A program made the translations under genes and the position numbers. Of a stretch of DNA of 64,000 bases, positions 37,274 through 50,722 are shown piece after piece. Source of the stretch: Felis catus (Eukaryota); the NCBI RefSeq assembly GCF_018350175.1, contig NC_058368.1, positions 147,872,001-147,936,000 of the forward strand, in the 5' to 3' direction. The stretch's first letter is position 1, and each line of letters starts with the position of its first letter. A model generated the notes under the pieces. The model ran no database searches and was not told the origin of the DNA. It saw only the letters and a program-made list of their open reading frames with translations.

Positions 37274-38824
37274 AATACAGATTATTTCTAACACCTGGAC
37301 TAGATGAATGTATAATACGTATCTTTGGACCTGTAGTCATACTGGAAGTTTTGTACTGATATACATCAAAGCACCAAACTATTCTAACTTATATGTGCAT
37401 GCATCTGTATTGACATTTCAGGATTATCTGTAAAATGCCTAATTTTATTCCAATATTGATACAGATACTAACACATAAAGATTTAATACAATGAGCTGTA
37501 AGGTAATCAAATGAAATTACCTAGAATCACTAATTATCCTTTTGTGGTAGTTGGCTTGATCTCCATCTACTTCTTAATATCCTGAAAATGGGTAAAAATA
37601 TGGAAGCACCTTCATTTAATCTTAAAAAATATCACATTTCATTTTCAACATAAAAATAAGGCACTCAGAGTAAAGGGTAAATTTGTTAGTTTTATTACTG
37701 GGAAAAAAGAGGAAAGTACTAAAATAAACTTTTTCTCCAACTTTGCAATTCATACCAATGTGTCTAGTAGTATCATTGAATTCTGATGGCCTCAAACAGA
37801 CATAACCATAAATGCTAATTAGGAAAAAAGAAGAAAGTTAGGATGCTTCATTAATAATTAGAATGTGCTCTTACTATATAACCAGAATCAGAGTTCAAAA
37901 ATAATTCATATTTTAATTAATTTCTTAAATATTTGCATGCAAGTCCAGTACAACTTGATCTTCAAAGACATACTGCATCAGTATTCTCTAAATATTACTG
38001 TGGAGAGTTTTAATAAGTTTATGGTTATTATAAGGCTGGAAGTTATAGTTAATTACTTTTTCTCTCTTGCAACCTATTAATAGTCTTCATGAAAATAAAT
38101 TAGTCCTTTCCATATGCATGCATTATCACCAAGCCCAGCGATTTACTGATTACAAGTATAGAATGGAAAGGATAAGAACTGAAGCTCACATTTAGAGAAA
38201 CAAACCTTGCTCCTACTCCACTTCCCACCTCTTAGGACTGAATCTTCTACTAGCTTAAACAATTAAAACTTTTAGGGGATTTTTTGTTTTGTTTTATTCT
38301 CATTTGAATGATCACAAATGGGGATACTAACAGTACCAGATTTAAATGTTACATTTTAGCAATATTTATTTTAATTTTCTGCTATATTTTTGTAAACCAT
38401 TTATGATTTCACCAAAATTCAAAATGCATTTCTCCTTGCTCTTAGATTTTCACCATAACCACAACGCTATTTGTTTCTTTTGACTGTTTAATCATTTCAC
38501 TTTCTCTTGCCTAACTTAATGTGCGTGTGTGGACATGTTTACATGTTGGTGCTTAAACAACAAAATAATCAAAAGATCAAGATCAGGATTCAGTTTCTCA
38601 AACTATTGCTCATCTTAACTTAAAAAGTTATGGACAAGCTTCCCATCCCCCAATGTGTTGAAGAGATGTGAAGAAAAACATTTGCAAAGGCAATTAAGAG
38701 TCTAGATGTAATTAGAACAACACAATCATTCTCATGAAAGATATGAAAAGCAGATAAAAGAAAATGGATCATTTTTTGTTGTTCTTTTTAAAAAAACATG
38801 TCTCAACAAAGCAAACAAAAACAT

Positions 38825-39393
38825 TGATTTGAAAAGATATATGCACCCTTATGTTTTATTGCAGAATTATTTATAATAGACAAGATATGGAAGTGTCCAT
38901 CAATAGATGAGTGGATAAATAAAATGTGGAATATTACTCAACCATTAAAAAAGAATGAGATCTTGCCATTTGCAACAACATGGATAGGCCTAGAGGGTAT
39001 CATGCTAAGTGAAATCAGTAAGAAAGACAAATGTCATAGGATTAAATTTATATGTACAATATAAAAAACAAAACAAACAATTAAACAAAGAATGGTCTCT
39101 TAAATATAAAGAGTAAATTGGTGGCTACCAGGGAAGTGGTGGGTAGAGGGATGGGCAAAATAGATAAAGGGGATTAAGAGGTGAAAAAATCTTCCAGTTA
39201 TATAATAAATATATCACAAAGATGAAAAGGAAAGCACAGGGAATATAATCAATAATATTGCAATAATACTGTATGGTGACAGATGGTGACTACTCTTACT
39301 CTGGTGAGCATTGTGTAATATATAGAATTGTCAAATTATATGTTGTAAACCTGAAGCTAATATCATATTGTATGTTATTTATACTGAAAAAAG
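38825..39393 (+). mobile_element. L1 3' end (L1MA9-like)
   Basis: 'atatgcacccttatgtt...gagatcttgccatttgcaacaacatgg...tatggtgacagatggtgactac' and an A tail. Confidence 0.85.
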
Positions 39394-39860
39394 AATACAA
39401 TCCAGGCCGTGGTGGTATAATGTAGCTCAAATTTTTATTCATTTTCTTATGTGTGGCCTGAACCAAGGTTCAGGAAAATTTGTAACCTCCTGCTTCAATG
39501 AATGGAATTCACGGAATAAACTTGGGAGTTAAATCTAGATATTTGCTGAAGGAAAGTTATGTACTAAAAGACCAAGAAGCTAAATCTTACAACAAGGAGA
39601 CTGTCCTTTTTAAGGGTGGTAATACAGGCCTGATTTTGTATGGCATATAGCCTTCATTAAGTAAATCCACATGAAGAACCCTGGATCAGCTAATTCATAG
39701 AGAAAATGTATTAGAGATATAGTACCTATAATAGACAAGTAGATCCTCATGGCTGATAAAAAAATATGATTTATTTTATATAGTTACCTTTTCACTTTAG
39801 CCAATTCATCACATATTATGTTTCAAACTTATAAAGTGCAGCAACATTCATTTACACCCA

Positions 39861-39862
39861 TG

Positions 39863-39899
<37 letters not shown>

Positions 39900-39905
39900 C
39901 ACACG
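39861..39905. repeat. (CA)n microsatellite
   Basis: TGTGCGCG followed by a CA run. Confidence 0.95.
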
Positions 39906-41166
39906 TTAGGCTGCACATGGGTTCTCTTTCCAGTCATTACCTAATCCTTTAGGGACCCTGGAAACATTGGGTTCAAGAGATTCTATAATTCTTTTCTAGG
40001 TTTTCTCATTTATTTAAATAAAGCCTCAGTGATGAACATATTTATATGCAGAAGTTCCCCCTTGTCTTTCTAGGTTAATTCTGGAAATATAAATTTCAAC
40101 GTTATTGGCAGATATATGGCAACTGAAGTCAGCAAGTTTATGTTATTCTTATTTTCATGTTTATGGCATTGGTTTATGTGTACCTTAAATTCACAGATAA
40201 ACTCCACTTAGCCACAAAACATAATACTCCCATTGGATATTCCATTAGCAGCAGCCCATTTTATCCAAGTTAAATTTTACCCTGGGATTAAACATTAAAT
40301 TCATAGCATAGAGCAAGGCCTTCTACGCTTGGGGTGACACTTGACTGTGGCATTTCGGGAGTGGTTTGTATGAAAACAATACATGGAACAATTAAAGGTA
40401 TAAATATGCTGTCTTTATCAAGCCATGGATGCTGACTGAGGAATGAAGTGAAGGGAAATCTATTCTTTCTCTTTATGGTGACTATAAATTTGTAAATTTG
40501 GAGTGGATAAAATATCCTCAAATTTTAAATTAAATATATGCAATATAAATATTAGGATTCATGGATTTTTCTTCAATGAAGCACATAAACAAAGTTAACA
40601 GATGGGGTGACAGCTTGGACTTTGATATTTACAACATCTACAACTGACAAGGGATTAGCATCAGGAATTTAGGAGGAACTTTTGCAAAACAACTAGAGAC
40701 AGGAAAAACAATAGGAAATTGAGCAAAGAATATGAATACGCCAAGAAGTTAAAGTAGAAAATTCAGATTAAATTAAAACTAAACTAATATATTCACACCA
40801 ATGGAAATTCAGATTAATACAATAATGAGGCAACATTTTAAGATGATATGCTTAGCAAAAACTAAAAGATAATACCAATGTAAGAGATCTGGGAAAATTC
40901 AGTGGCTCATGGCAGAACTGTAAACTGGCTATATTCTAAAAAGAAAAACATTGTGGAACTTCGTGAAATTAAGTAGCATACATTAACATTCCAGAAATTC
41001 AGTACTGGGCATTTTTCACCAGAGAATCTCCCATTGACATATAAAGGAACATGAATATGCTCATTTTCATGGTGGGAGAACTTACATGTAGGAAAATCTA
41101 GATATCTATTTTTAGGGGGAAAAATAAGTAGGATTCTTTGGATATATGCCTCAAAAGAGGCATACA

Positions 41167-41300
41167 GGGACACCTGGGTGGCTCAGTCAGTTAAGCATTG
41201 GACAATGAATATTGGCTCAGGTGATGATCCTACGGTTCATGAGTTTGAGCCCCGCAACCAGCTCGGCACTGATAGCACAGAGCCTGCTTGGGATTGTCCT

Positions 41301-41365
<65 letters not shown>

Positions 41366-41373
41366 GGCCCTCC

Positions 41374-41410
<37 letters not shown>

Positions 41411-41433
41411 TAAATAAATAAGCTTAAAAAAAA
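41167..41433 (+). mobile_element. CAN-SINE with expanded (CT)n
   Basis: SINE head, long CT tracts, A tail, TSD ...gcatac. Confidence 0.93.
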
Positions 41434-42201
41434 GCAGCATACTAGAAACAGAAAAAGAAACTAGAACATATCTTAAACTTCTGATGTTAATTCTATTCTT
41501 TAACATTATAGTAGAAACCCTATTTTTTTTGTTTTTTCTTGTTCTTTGATTTATTCATCTTCACCCTAATAATGCTGAATTGCTTTGTTATATTTGACTG
41601 TCATTTTCATAACTTTGTTTTATATTGTCTTTGTATTTGTCTTTATTTTTATGTTCCCTCTCTTAAAATATGGCTAATTTTAATACATTTCTCATGTTTT
41701 TAATCGTCAAAATAATTAATGTTAAATGTAGATTTATTAATGTAATTTAATTTATATTTCCTTTTTACTTTCTTTCTTTTTTTACATTTTTAAAACATTT
41801 TTTCTATGCTTCCATTTGTTCTTTTCTGCATATTTTGAATTATTATTCATCTTTTTCCTCTACTAGGTTATAAGTTATATGCCCTATTTCTATCAAATGT
41901 GTTGTTGAAATTTTAAAATGTGTATTCATTCAACTGGGTTCACAGATGATTACTAACATTCCTCTCCTCCTGAAAAATAGAATAATCTTAAATGGTCCTG
42001 TGAACTAACTATGCTTCTTCTTATCCTGTGTTGAGTTACTCTCATTTGCTTTTTTAATTCCTCAGAGAGAATTATCATAGTGTTTTACAGCTGTGGATAT
42101 TTAATCCATGTTTACAGCTTTTTCTTACTATCTGTCTTGCATCTTGAATTATTTTAGGTATCACTTTACACTTTCCTCTTCTTTGAGGACATACTGTAGA
42201 A

Positions 42202-42373
42202 TATATATATATGTATATATATATGTGTGTGTGTATATATATATATACATATATACACATATATATACACACACACATATATATACACATATATACATAT
42301 ATATACACACATATACATATATGTATATATATTCTACATATATACATGCATATATGTATATGCATGTATATAT
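42202..42373. repeat. Compound (TA)/(TG)/(CA) microsatellite
   Basis: About 170 bp of mostly alternating purine-pyrimidine sequence. Confidence 0.95.
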
Positions 42374-43276
42374 TAGTTTTTAGGCTGCATTCTACTCTTG
42401 AACACAAATAATACTTTCTTATCTGAAAAAGGGTAAATCTGCAGTAAGTTTTGTAGGTATTTTGAAGCTATTACTCCATTCTGTTGTCTTTATATACTTA
42501 CTGTTAAAACATGTCTTGTTTTAACAAGTGAATCCCCCATATGTAATATCTTCTTTCTCCATATATAATCTCTTCTTTCTCTGATTATTTTTAAGATATT
42601 ATTAAGTTTTTGGCACACTTAATTATCTGCACATTATATGTAGTTTGTTATGGACTAATTATATTTATCTTTGTTGGAATAAGCAGTAACATCAGTATCT
42701 GAAAATTCATAGAGAATAAAATCAATATGGTCATCTTAAAACATTCAGAAGAAGCATATTAAATAAAAATGCAACAACTACCTATGATTTTAAAAACAAA
42801 AGTAATAACCCTAGGAAGAGAGAAAAACATCCTCAATCTGATAAACAGCATTTTGGAAAAATATATAAAAAGAAACACAAAACTACAGCTAACATCATTG
42901 TTAATGGTGAAAGACTGCATACTTTTCCTCTAATAATGAGAAAAAGACAAAGATATGCACTAAAAACGACTATTTAACATTGTTCTACAGATTACAATAA
43001 GTCCAAAGGACAAGGGAATGGAATAAATAAATCAAAGCATGCACTTTGGATATACAAAAATTGTACATTTACAAATAAAAATTTTATTTACAAAAGGAAA
43101 AATGGAATCAAAAGTATGAATGAAGGGAAAATAAGATAATATAAAAAATAGAGAGAGACTTTACATTGACCAAGGATTGTAGAGAAGTTAACTCCATATA
43201 AGCTAGCTATCAAGCATATGAAAATGTACTCATATCATTAGTCATGAAGGGAATGCAGATTAAAATTACATTTTGA

Positions 43277-43489
43277 GGGGCGTCTGGGTGACTCAGTCGG
43301 TTGAGCGTCCAACTTCGGCTGAGGTCATGAACTCACAGCTCGTGAGTTCGAGCCCCACGTCGGGTTCTGTGCTGACAGCTCAGAGGCTGGATCCTGTTTC
43401 GGATTCTGTGTCTCCCTCTCTCTCTGCCCCTTACCCACTCACATTCTGTCTATGTCTCTCTCAAAAAATAAACATTAAACACAATTTTT
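43277..43489 (+). mobile_element. CAN-SINE within old L1 sequence
   Basis: TSD AATTACATTTTGA at 43264-43276 and 43490-43502. Confidence 0.95.
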
Positions 43490-43780
43490 AATTACATTTT
43501 GAAACAGTTACAAACATACTACAATTAATAAATAGTTAAAATGATACTATCAAATGCTGACAAATATGAAGTCATTGGAACTTACAGACTCTTGGTGTGG
43601 ATGTACAATTTTACAAGCCTATGAAAGCAATTTATTAGTTTCTTATAAATTGACACACACAACACAGCAATTCCTTCCAAGAGAAACAAAAACATAAAAT
43701 GCTCTTTATCCTCAATAGCCAGAAACTAAAACATCTCAGATTCACATGAACAATGTAATTACACATGAATATGTAAACAA

Positions 43781-43783
<3 letters not shown>

Positions 43784-43852
<69 letters not shown>
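43784..43852. repeat. (TG)n(CG)4(TG)n microsatellite
   Basis: Uninterrupted alternating purine-pyrimidine tract with a CG core. Confidence 0.97.
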
Positions 43853-43854
<2 letters not shown>

Positions 43855-44043
43855 CCATGTGAATAGTCTTGATGCTCCCAACTACCTGGCTACAGCCAGG
43901 TCAATGATCCTATTCAACCATAAGTTCTTTCCTTGGCAATTTAAACCCAGGTGCAGAGGCCCTTCATAAGCGAGGCAGTGAGAATTTGGGGGCACACATC
44001 TGGTTTAAACATAGCAATAAGAAAAACCTGATTTTTAAATATC

Positions 44044-44262
44044 TTTTTTTTTAATTTTGTTTTTTAACGTTTATTTTTGAGACAGAGAGAGACAGAGCAT
44101 GAACGGGGGAGGGGCAGAGAGAGGGAGACACAGAATCTGAAACAGGCTCCAGGCTCTGAGCTGTCAGCACAGAGCCCGACGCAGGGCTCGAACTCACGGA
44201 CTGCGAGATCGTGACCTGAGCCGAAGTCGGCCGCTTAACCGACTAAGCCACCCAGGCGCCCC
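44044..44262 (-). mobile_element. Young CAN-SINE (SINEC_Fc)
   Basis: 19-bp TSD AGAAAAACCTGATTTTTAA at 44020-44038 and 44263-44281. Confidence 0.96.
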
Positions 44263-44342
44263 AGAAAAACCTGATTTTTAATAAACATGGACTATAAAAG
44301 CAAGTCTCTACTAGCTCTGCTGAATGAAAAAAATAGTAAGTA

Positions 44343-44564
44343 GGGGTGCCTGGGTGGCTCAGTCGGTTAAGCGTCCGACTTCAGCCAGGTCATGATCTCG
44401 CAATCCGTGAGTTCGAGCCCCGCGTCGGGCTCTGGGCTAACGGCTCAGAGCCTGGAGCCTGTTTCCAATTCTGTATCTCCCTCTCTCTCTGCCCCTCCCC
44501 CGTTCATGCTCTGTCTCTCTGTTTCAAAAATAAATAAAAAACGTTAAAAAAATTAAAAAAAAAA
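44343..44564 (+). mobile_element. Young CAN-SINE (SINEC_Fc)
   Basis: Consensus-like head and B box; A tail. Confidence 0.96.
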
Positions 44565-45848
44565 GTAATTTGGATTTTAATAGAGATACAGTAGTAAATT
44601 ATTAATAGAAAATAAATATCAATAGATTATTAAAATACACTGATGACAAAAAAGCTTTTTCATGAAAAGCTCTCTTATGAATAATTTTATTATAGAAACA
44701 GTAATTATTTACATAGATTTTTAAATTAATGTGAAGTTAATTTATGTGATTATGAATCATAGTTAATGTAACTATGGCAGTAATTTAGGCTATAGTTTCT
44801 GAATCTTTAGGTTTAGCAAATTGACTGAGCTAAACATTGGAGACTCATAACCACACTGGAGCAGGATTCTCCCACATAATGGAAGATAAAATAGAAAATA
44901 AAAACAAATATATGACATTTAAAGAAATCCTCAATAACACAGAGCCAAACACTCTGCAAGATTCAGTGACTATTTTCATATCCAGTTAAGCAACTGACGA
45001 GATACAGATAATAGTTCACATAGACACCCAAATATTTTTGAAATTGACAAGAAAAATAAAAAGTAACTCAATTACTAAAATGAAACTACTGAGGTAAGAT
45101 GAATGTATCATGTGTTACATGAATATGAGCACTAGAAAGAAGGCTAAAACATGGATCTTTTTAAATATATAAAATGTATACAATCTAAATAGGAGTGGGA
45201 TTCAAAATGAGTTGGCAATAGAAAGAAGATAAGAGGGGCAAGGGATTCGACAGCCAGAACTTGAAGGTTTTCCAGACTTATATAGGACAATTTTGAAACC
45301 CCAGCTATTACACCTGTGGAAGCACCTAACTATAAAATACTCTAAATAAATGTAGTCAAAAGAGTAAGAGATTGAAGTGATCCAATCAATCCTCAGATGA
45401 TTATCAGAAGACCAATAATCCTCAGATCCACAAGGAGGTCAAAGTGGGAAGGGGGACTTCATTTCACTGAAGGCATATTACTCAGAGATAGCTACATACA
45501 GTAAAAGGAAAATGTGAATGGGGAATAGTGGCAAGAAATTTAGGAAAACTCAGCTGTTCCCCTTTTAGTAGCACCTGCATGGTAAGGGTTATGTGACATT
45601 ATCTTAGATAAGGAGTAAGGGCTTCAAGACCCAGAACAGAAAATGGAATAATACCTGCTCATCACCTCTATCACTTTACTTGGCCCCTAAATGAGCTTGA
45701 GTACAACAGTGAAAAATGAACATCGAGGTATTAGATTTTTCTTCCCCTTGTTGAACCCAAGTATTTTATAAATGTTCCATTATCCAGCATGAAGGATTAC
45801 AGATGAAAATACAAAAGAAAAAAAAAGTGTAAAGATATAAACATGCAT

Positions 45849-45997
45849 GGCGCCTGGGTGGCTCAGTCAGTGGAGTGTCTGACTGATTTCCACTCAGGTC
45901 ATGATCTCACAGTACATGAGTTCAAGCCCCAAGTCAGGCTCCACACTGACAGCCCAGAGCATGCTTCAGACTCTCTCTCTCTCACTCTCTCACTCTC

Positions 45998-46045
<48 letters not shown>

Positions 46046-46089
46046 CCTCTTTCAAAATAAGTAAATAAACAAAAAAAAAAAAATGAAGG
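45849..46089 (+). mobile_element. CAN-SINE
   Basis: TSD TAAACATGCAT; CT tract; A tail. Confidence 0.93.
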
Positions 46090-46322
46090 TAAACATGCAT
46101 TGTGGGAAAACAACAACCACTCTTTAAACACAGTGCCACACGACCTATGACTTACAACTTAGGATATTTCACATCCCCATCCTACTCCATCCACTGTAGT
46201 CCTTTCCTTTACTGCTACTTACATGGGTCCTTGTTTCTCTCTTTCCCACCCCATTTTCAGAATTTCCTACCTCTACCTTCTCTGTCTGATAGAATTCTCA
46301 GGATTAGAACTCTTCCGTTCCA

Positions 46323-46537
46323 GGGGCGCCTGGGTGGCGCAGTCGGTTAAGCGTCCGACTTCAGCCAGGTCACGATCTCGCGGTCCGTGAGTTCGAGCCC
46401 CGTGTCGGGCTCTGGGCTGATGGCTCAGAGCCTGGAGCCTGTTTCCGATTCTGTGTCTCCCTCTCTCTCTGCCCCTCCCCCGTTCATGCTCTGTCTCTCT
46501 CTGTCCCAAAAATAAATAAACCTTGAAAAAAAAAAAA
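46323..46537 (+). mobile_element. Very young feline SINE (SINEC_Fc)
   Basis: 17-bp perfect TSD AGAACTCTTCCGTTCCA at 46306-46322 and 46538-46554; CpGs largely intact. Confidence 0.97.
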
Positions 46538-46803
46538 AGAACTCTTCCGTTCCAAACTGTCTTGAAATGTAATGATTTCACTACATTTGTATTTGTATGG
46601 GATCTATGGTCATTAAGCCACAATTTGGGCTGCCACATCTGTGTCTATTTTGCTCCAAATACCTAATAATTGCTCTTTCCTTAAGATAGGTCTACATTAA
46701 AATAGGTCTTTCCCATAATTTTACAAGCTTTTAAATTATAAAATATTTTAAAGAATGTATTGATCATCTCAGTTATTATATACTCTTTTTTTTTCTTAAT
46801 ACC

Positions 46804-46932
46804 TTTTTTTTTAAGTAGACTCTAAGCCCAGCACAGAGCCCAGTATGGGGCTCAAACTCACAACACTGAGGTAAATACCTGAGCTGAGATCAAGAGTCAA
46901 ATGCTTAACCAATGGAGACAGCCAGGTGCCCC
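46804..46932 (-). mobile_element. Short CAN-SINE lacking the CT tract
   Basis: Antisense tRNA-like head ...cagccaggtgcccc. Confidence 0.85.
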
Positions 46933-46939
46933 TTAAAAC

Positions 46940-47805
46940 TTTTTTTTTAAATTGAAGTATAACTGACATATATTATATTCAGTTGTACATTCTAATGATT
47001 CCATATTTGTATGCACTATGAAACGATCACCACTAAGTAAGTCTGTCATCATCTGTCAGCATAAAAGTCACAATCTTTTTCTCATGAGGAGAACTTTTGA
47101 GATTCATTCTTAGTGACTTTCAAATACACAATAAAATATTATTGACACTAGTCATGTTGTTCATTACATCCTCATGGCTATTTACTTTAAAACTGGAAGT
47201 TTGAACCTCTTCACCTCATTCACTCCCCAAAACTGCCAAGACCAATATCAAGGAGCTAATTGCTTATGTTTTCTTCTATAAGTTTTATGGTTTCAGGTCT
47301 TAGGTTGAAGTCTTTACTTCATTTTGAGTTAATTTTTTAATATGATGTAAGACATTGATTTAGTTTCATTCTTTTGCATAGGGCTGTCCAAATTTTTCCA
47401 GCACCCTTTATTAGAGAATGTCCTTTCCTTATTTTATATTCTTGACTACTTTATCACAAATAACTGACCATATATACATAAGCTTATTTCTGGGCTCTTT
47501 GTTCTTTTCCATTATTTGTGTGTCTATTTTTATGCCAATACCATACTGCCTTGATTATTATAGCTTTGCAATTTGATACATCCAGTTTTATTCTTTTTCT
47601 ACAAGATTTCTTTGGCTATTCAGTGTCTTTTGTGTTTCCATATAAATTTTAGGGTTATTTGTTCTATTTCCATATAAAATCCATTGGAATTTGAGAGGGA
47701 CTGCATTGATTCTGTGTTTCTTTGGGTACTATGGGCATTTTAACAATATTAATTCTTCCAGTACATGAGCAAGGATGGTTCAACATCCACGAATCAACCA
47801 ATGTG
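46940..47805 (-). mobile_element. L1 (L1MA9-like 3' end plus ORF2 fragment) with an internal deletion
   Basis: 'aattgaagtataactgacata' 3' end; antisense ORF2 (tatgccaataccatactgccttgattattatagcttt). Confidence 0.85.
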
Positions 47806-47885
47806 TCTCAAATATTTCATTACTTAAGCAGCTCAATTTATTCTTAATTAACTGGAAGCCAGATGCTCAGTCAACAGTTTTCAAA

Positions 47886-47886
<1 letters not shown>

Positions 47887-47952
<66 letters not shown>

Positions 47953-47953
47953 T
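47887..47953. repeat. (TA)n microsatellite
   Basis: Near-perfect TA run. Confidence 0.97.
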
Positions 47954-47954
47954 T

Positions 47955-49270
47955 CCTGTGGAACTGCAAATCATAAACACGGCTCACCTCAAAACCAGGC
48001 AGTCCTAGAGAAGTCCCCTATGTGACAGTTGCAAAAATTGGAGCTCTATATGAGTGTGTAACTTCCTTCCTGGTCAGTACTAGTGAGCTGTAGTGAGGCC
48101 AAGGGAAAGCCCAAAGATGACACCCCCAACCTACATTCTCTGAGAGCACCTCAGAAGTCTCTAGATATGTGACAAACTTAAAGCATATCTTTCAGACTAA
48201 AGCTCCAGGACAAATAAAGAGGCATTTTCCACAGGAAGACTGTGGTATATTTCAGTCTGCTGTCTGTGCAGTGCCCTGTGGGGTGTATACTGACAAGGAC
48301 TGCCTCTGGTTGTTTCACTTCCTTGGGTCCCAGACATATAAGCCCTGCCCCTTGCAACAAGAGGTGATAAGGGGCATCCCTTGTGTAGACTTCATATGCC
48401 CACTAGCTTTAGTGAGGCAGAGGGAGAATAGCTTTAGTGAGGCAGTAGGAGGATCCTGTGGCTGCATACACTTGCTGCGAAGGTAGAGGCAGAGTACAAA
48501 GACAGCACCTGCCAGTACCTCCATCCAGGCGAGAGTCTCAACAGGCCCCTGCTCCTCTGGGAGAAGCTTTAAGATTGGCAAATGATCTCTTTCAAATGCT
48601 GCTTTTGTGCTAGGTCCGAAGTAAATCTGAGTACAAATACTTTAAGAGCAGAAACTCAGTTCCCAATGGCCCTGTGAGTGAGATCCATTGGTTTTCAAAG
48701 CCAGACAGTTTGGGGGCTTGACTTTCTGGAAGAGTCCCAAGGCTGGGATGCCTGATGTGGGGCATAAACCCCTGGACCCTTAGGAAGAAGCTCCATATTT
48801 GTGAGACCCTCCTGATTATGGCTTGCTGCACCTGGGGTGAGGTTTTCTGTGAGACTATGCCTCTGCCTCTCCTAACCATCTTGATGTGACTCATCCTTTG
48901 TTGAGGAAATGCTGTTCAAATAGTTTTGAGATCTTTTCCAGAGATAACTGCTCCATATGTACCTAAAGATTTGGTATATCTGTAGGAGGAAGTGGGTTCA
49001 GGATTTTCCTATATCGCCATCTTTTTTAAAAAAATTTTTAATGTTTTCATTTATTTTTGAGACAGAGAGAGACAGAGCATGAGCAGGGGAGGGGCAGACA
49101 GAGAGGGAGACACAGAATCTGAAGCAGGCTCCAGGCTCTGAGCTGTCACCGCAGAGCCCGACGTGGGGCTCGAACTCACAGACTGTGAGATCATGACCTG
49201 AGCTGAAGTTGGATGCTTAACCGACTGAGCCACTCAGGCACCTGGTATGCCACCATCTTTTAACTGCCTC
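47955..49270 (-). mobile_element. L1 5'UTR/promoter-region fragment, interrupted by a SINE at about 49025-49242
   Basis: GC-richer segment ending in ...gccatctt (AAGATGGC on the minus strand, a typical L1 5' terminus), with 'ttggttttcaaagccagac...tgggg' motifs of L1 5' ends. Confidence 0.65.
49025..49242 (-). mobile_element. CAN-SINE
   Basis: Complete antisense SINE body. Confidence 0.94.
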
Positions 49271-50504
49271 CATATCCCTTCTGTGATGGCAATAGTGCAG
49301 AAAGCAGACAGTCTTTCCCAGTCTAATTGGACAGAATTCCATAAACAGAACTCAGCTAAAAATAACCCATCATGAAATACATTATATTGATACTTATTCA
49401 GTGCTGAGAACTCTAGTCACATATTGGAAATACATTGGTAACAAGGTATACACAATCCTTCTTTTTAGGGTGTTAAATATTCTAAAAGGCATATAGGCAT
49501 TACATAAAAAATACCCCAAAATATTTAAGTAACAATTTTAGTAGGGGATACAGAGAAATACAGGATATTCAAAAACTATAGATGATAAAGATATATTCCA
49601 GGGAGACAGCATTGGTCAATCTAATTTTTAATCCTACAACCCATATTCTAGTCACATTTCAATTACTTACAAGAGGTGAATTATGGCTAGTCAGTAGTAT
49701 CAGAACATTTTATACTTTATACGCTTTAACTGTATTTATGTAACACAGAATGAATTGGAAGAAGCAAGTATGTGGTAAACTTTATCTGTATCCTGTCCAA
49801 CTGGGTAAGTTAGCTCCATAACAAGTGTATTGAAACTAATGGGCAATTAGCAAATATTTCCTTTATTTCATGTAAACCTAGGAAAAATAGCAGGATAATT
49901 ACTAAAATCCTTCTTTTAAGAGAAATAGTAATTCCCTACTTGGGAACCAATAGTATAATATATGTTAAATGAATATAATTTAAATAAAAAAATTGAAACC
50001 AACAAAAAATAAAATAAAAATGCAGATAAAAAAATTCCATACTTAGTATATCATATTTTTTCAGATTTCTGTATGACTTAGAAGTATTTCATAAACACAT
50101 CAATTTATTCACTTTTTAAAGCTGAAGAATCACAAGCAGAAATTTTCAGTATACCTCATGTTACCATCTGCATTTTTAAGTGAAAATCTGAAACAATTTT
50201 AATATTGTATACCATGGCCCTGATTTATCCTTATTATTTATCTTATAATGTAAAACATACTAGTAAATACAAATTCTTGGTGACAAATATTTCTCTTTCT
50301 CTAAGTAAAATTTAGGATGGATTAACTAAATGATTTTCCTAAACATTCTATTACTTCCTCTATTAATGTTTTTTTATATGTAGAAAGATCTTTTAATTAT
50401 GGTTTATATACAGCAAGAGTACAAAGTAGACCCATAATGAGGAAATGACAACCTTGCCAACAGAGCCTAAAATCTCCTAATACTAAGTTCCAAACTCCAT
50501 TCTT

Positions 50505-50722
50505 TTTTTTTTTAATTATTTTTAATGTTTATTTATTTTTTAGAGAGAGACAGAGCTTGAGTGGGGGAGGGGCAGAGAGAGAGGAAGGCACAGAATCTGA
50601 AGCAGGCCCCAGGCTTTGAGCTGTTAGCACAGAGCCTGATGTGGGGCTCAAACTCACAAACCATGAGATCATGACCTGAGCTGAAGTCAGACACTTAACC
50701 AACTGAGCGACCCAGGCACCCC
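50505..50722 (-). mobile_element. CAN-SINE
   Basis: TSD CAAACTCCATTCTTT. Confidence 0.95.

Noticed and set aside
38555..40397. Naming the candidate fossil gene as LRRIQ3, IQCM, myosin-I or SPT6
   Set aside because: Only short, scattered resemblances with non-colinear order; not supportable without a search.
42075..42411. Low-complexity Y/I/H/T/C ORFs
   Set aside because: Artefacts of the TA/CA microsatellite.
43884..43901. Palindrome ACCTGGCT-ac-AGCCAGGT
   Set aside because: An isolated 8-bp stem is expected by chance in 64 kb.
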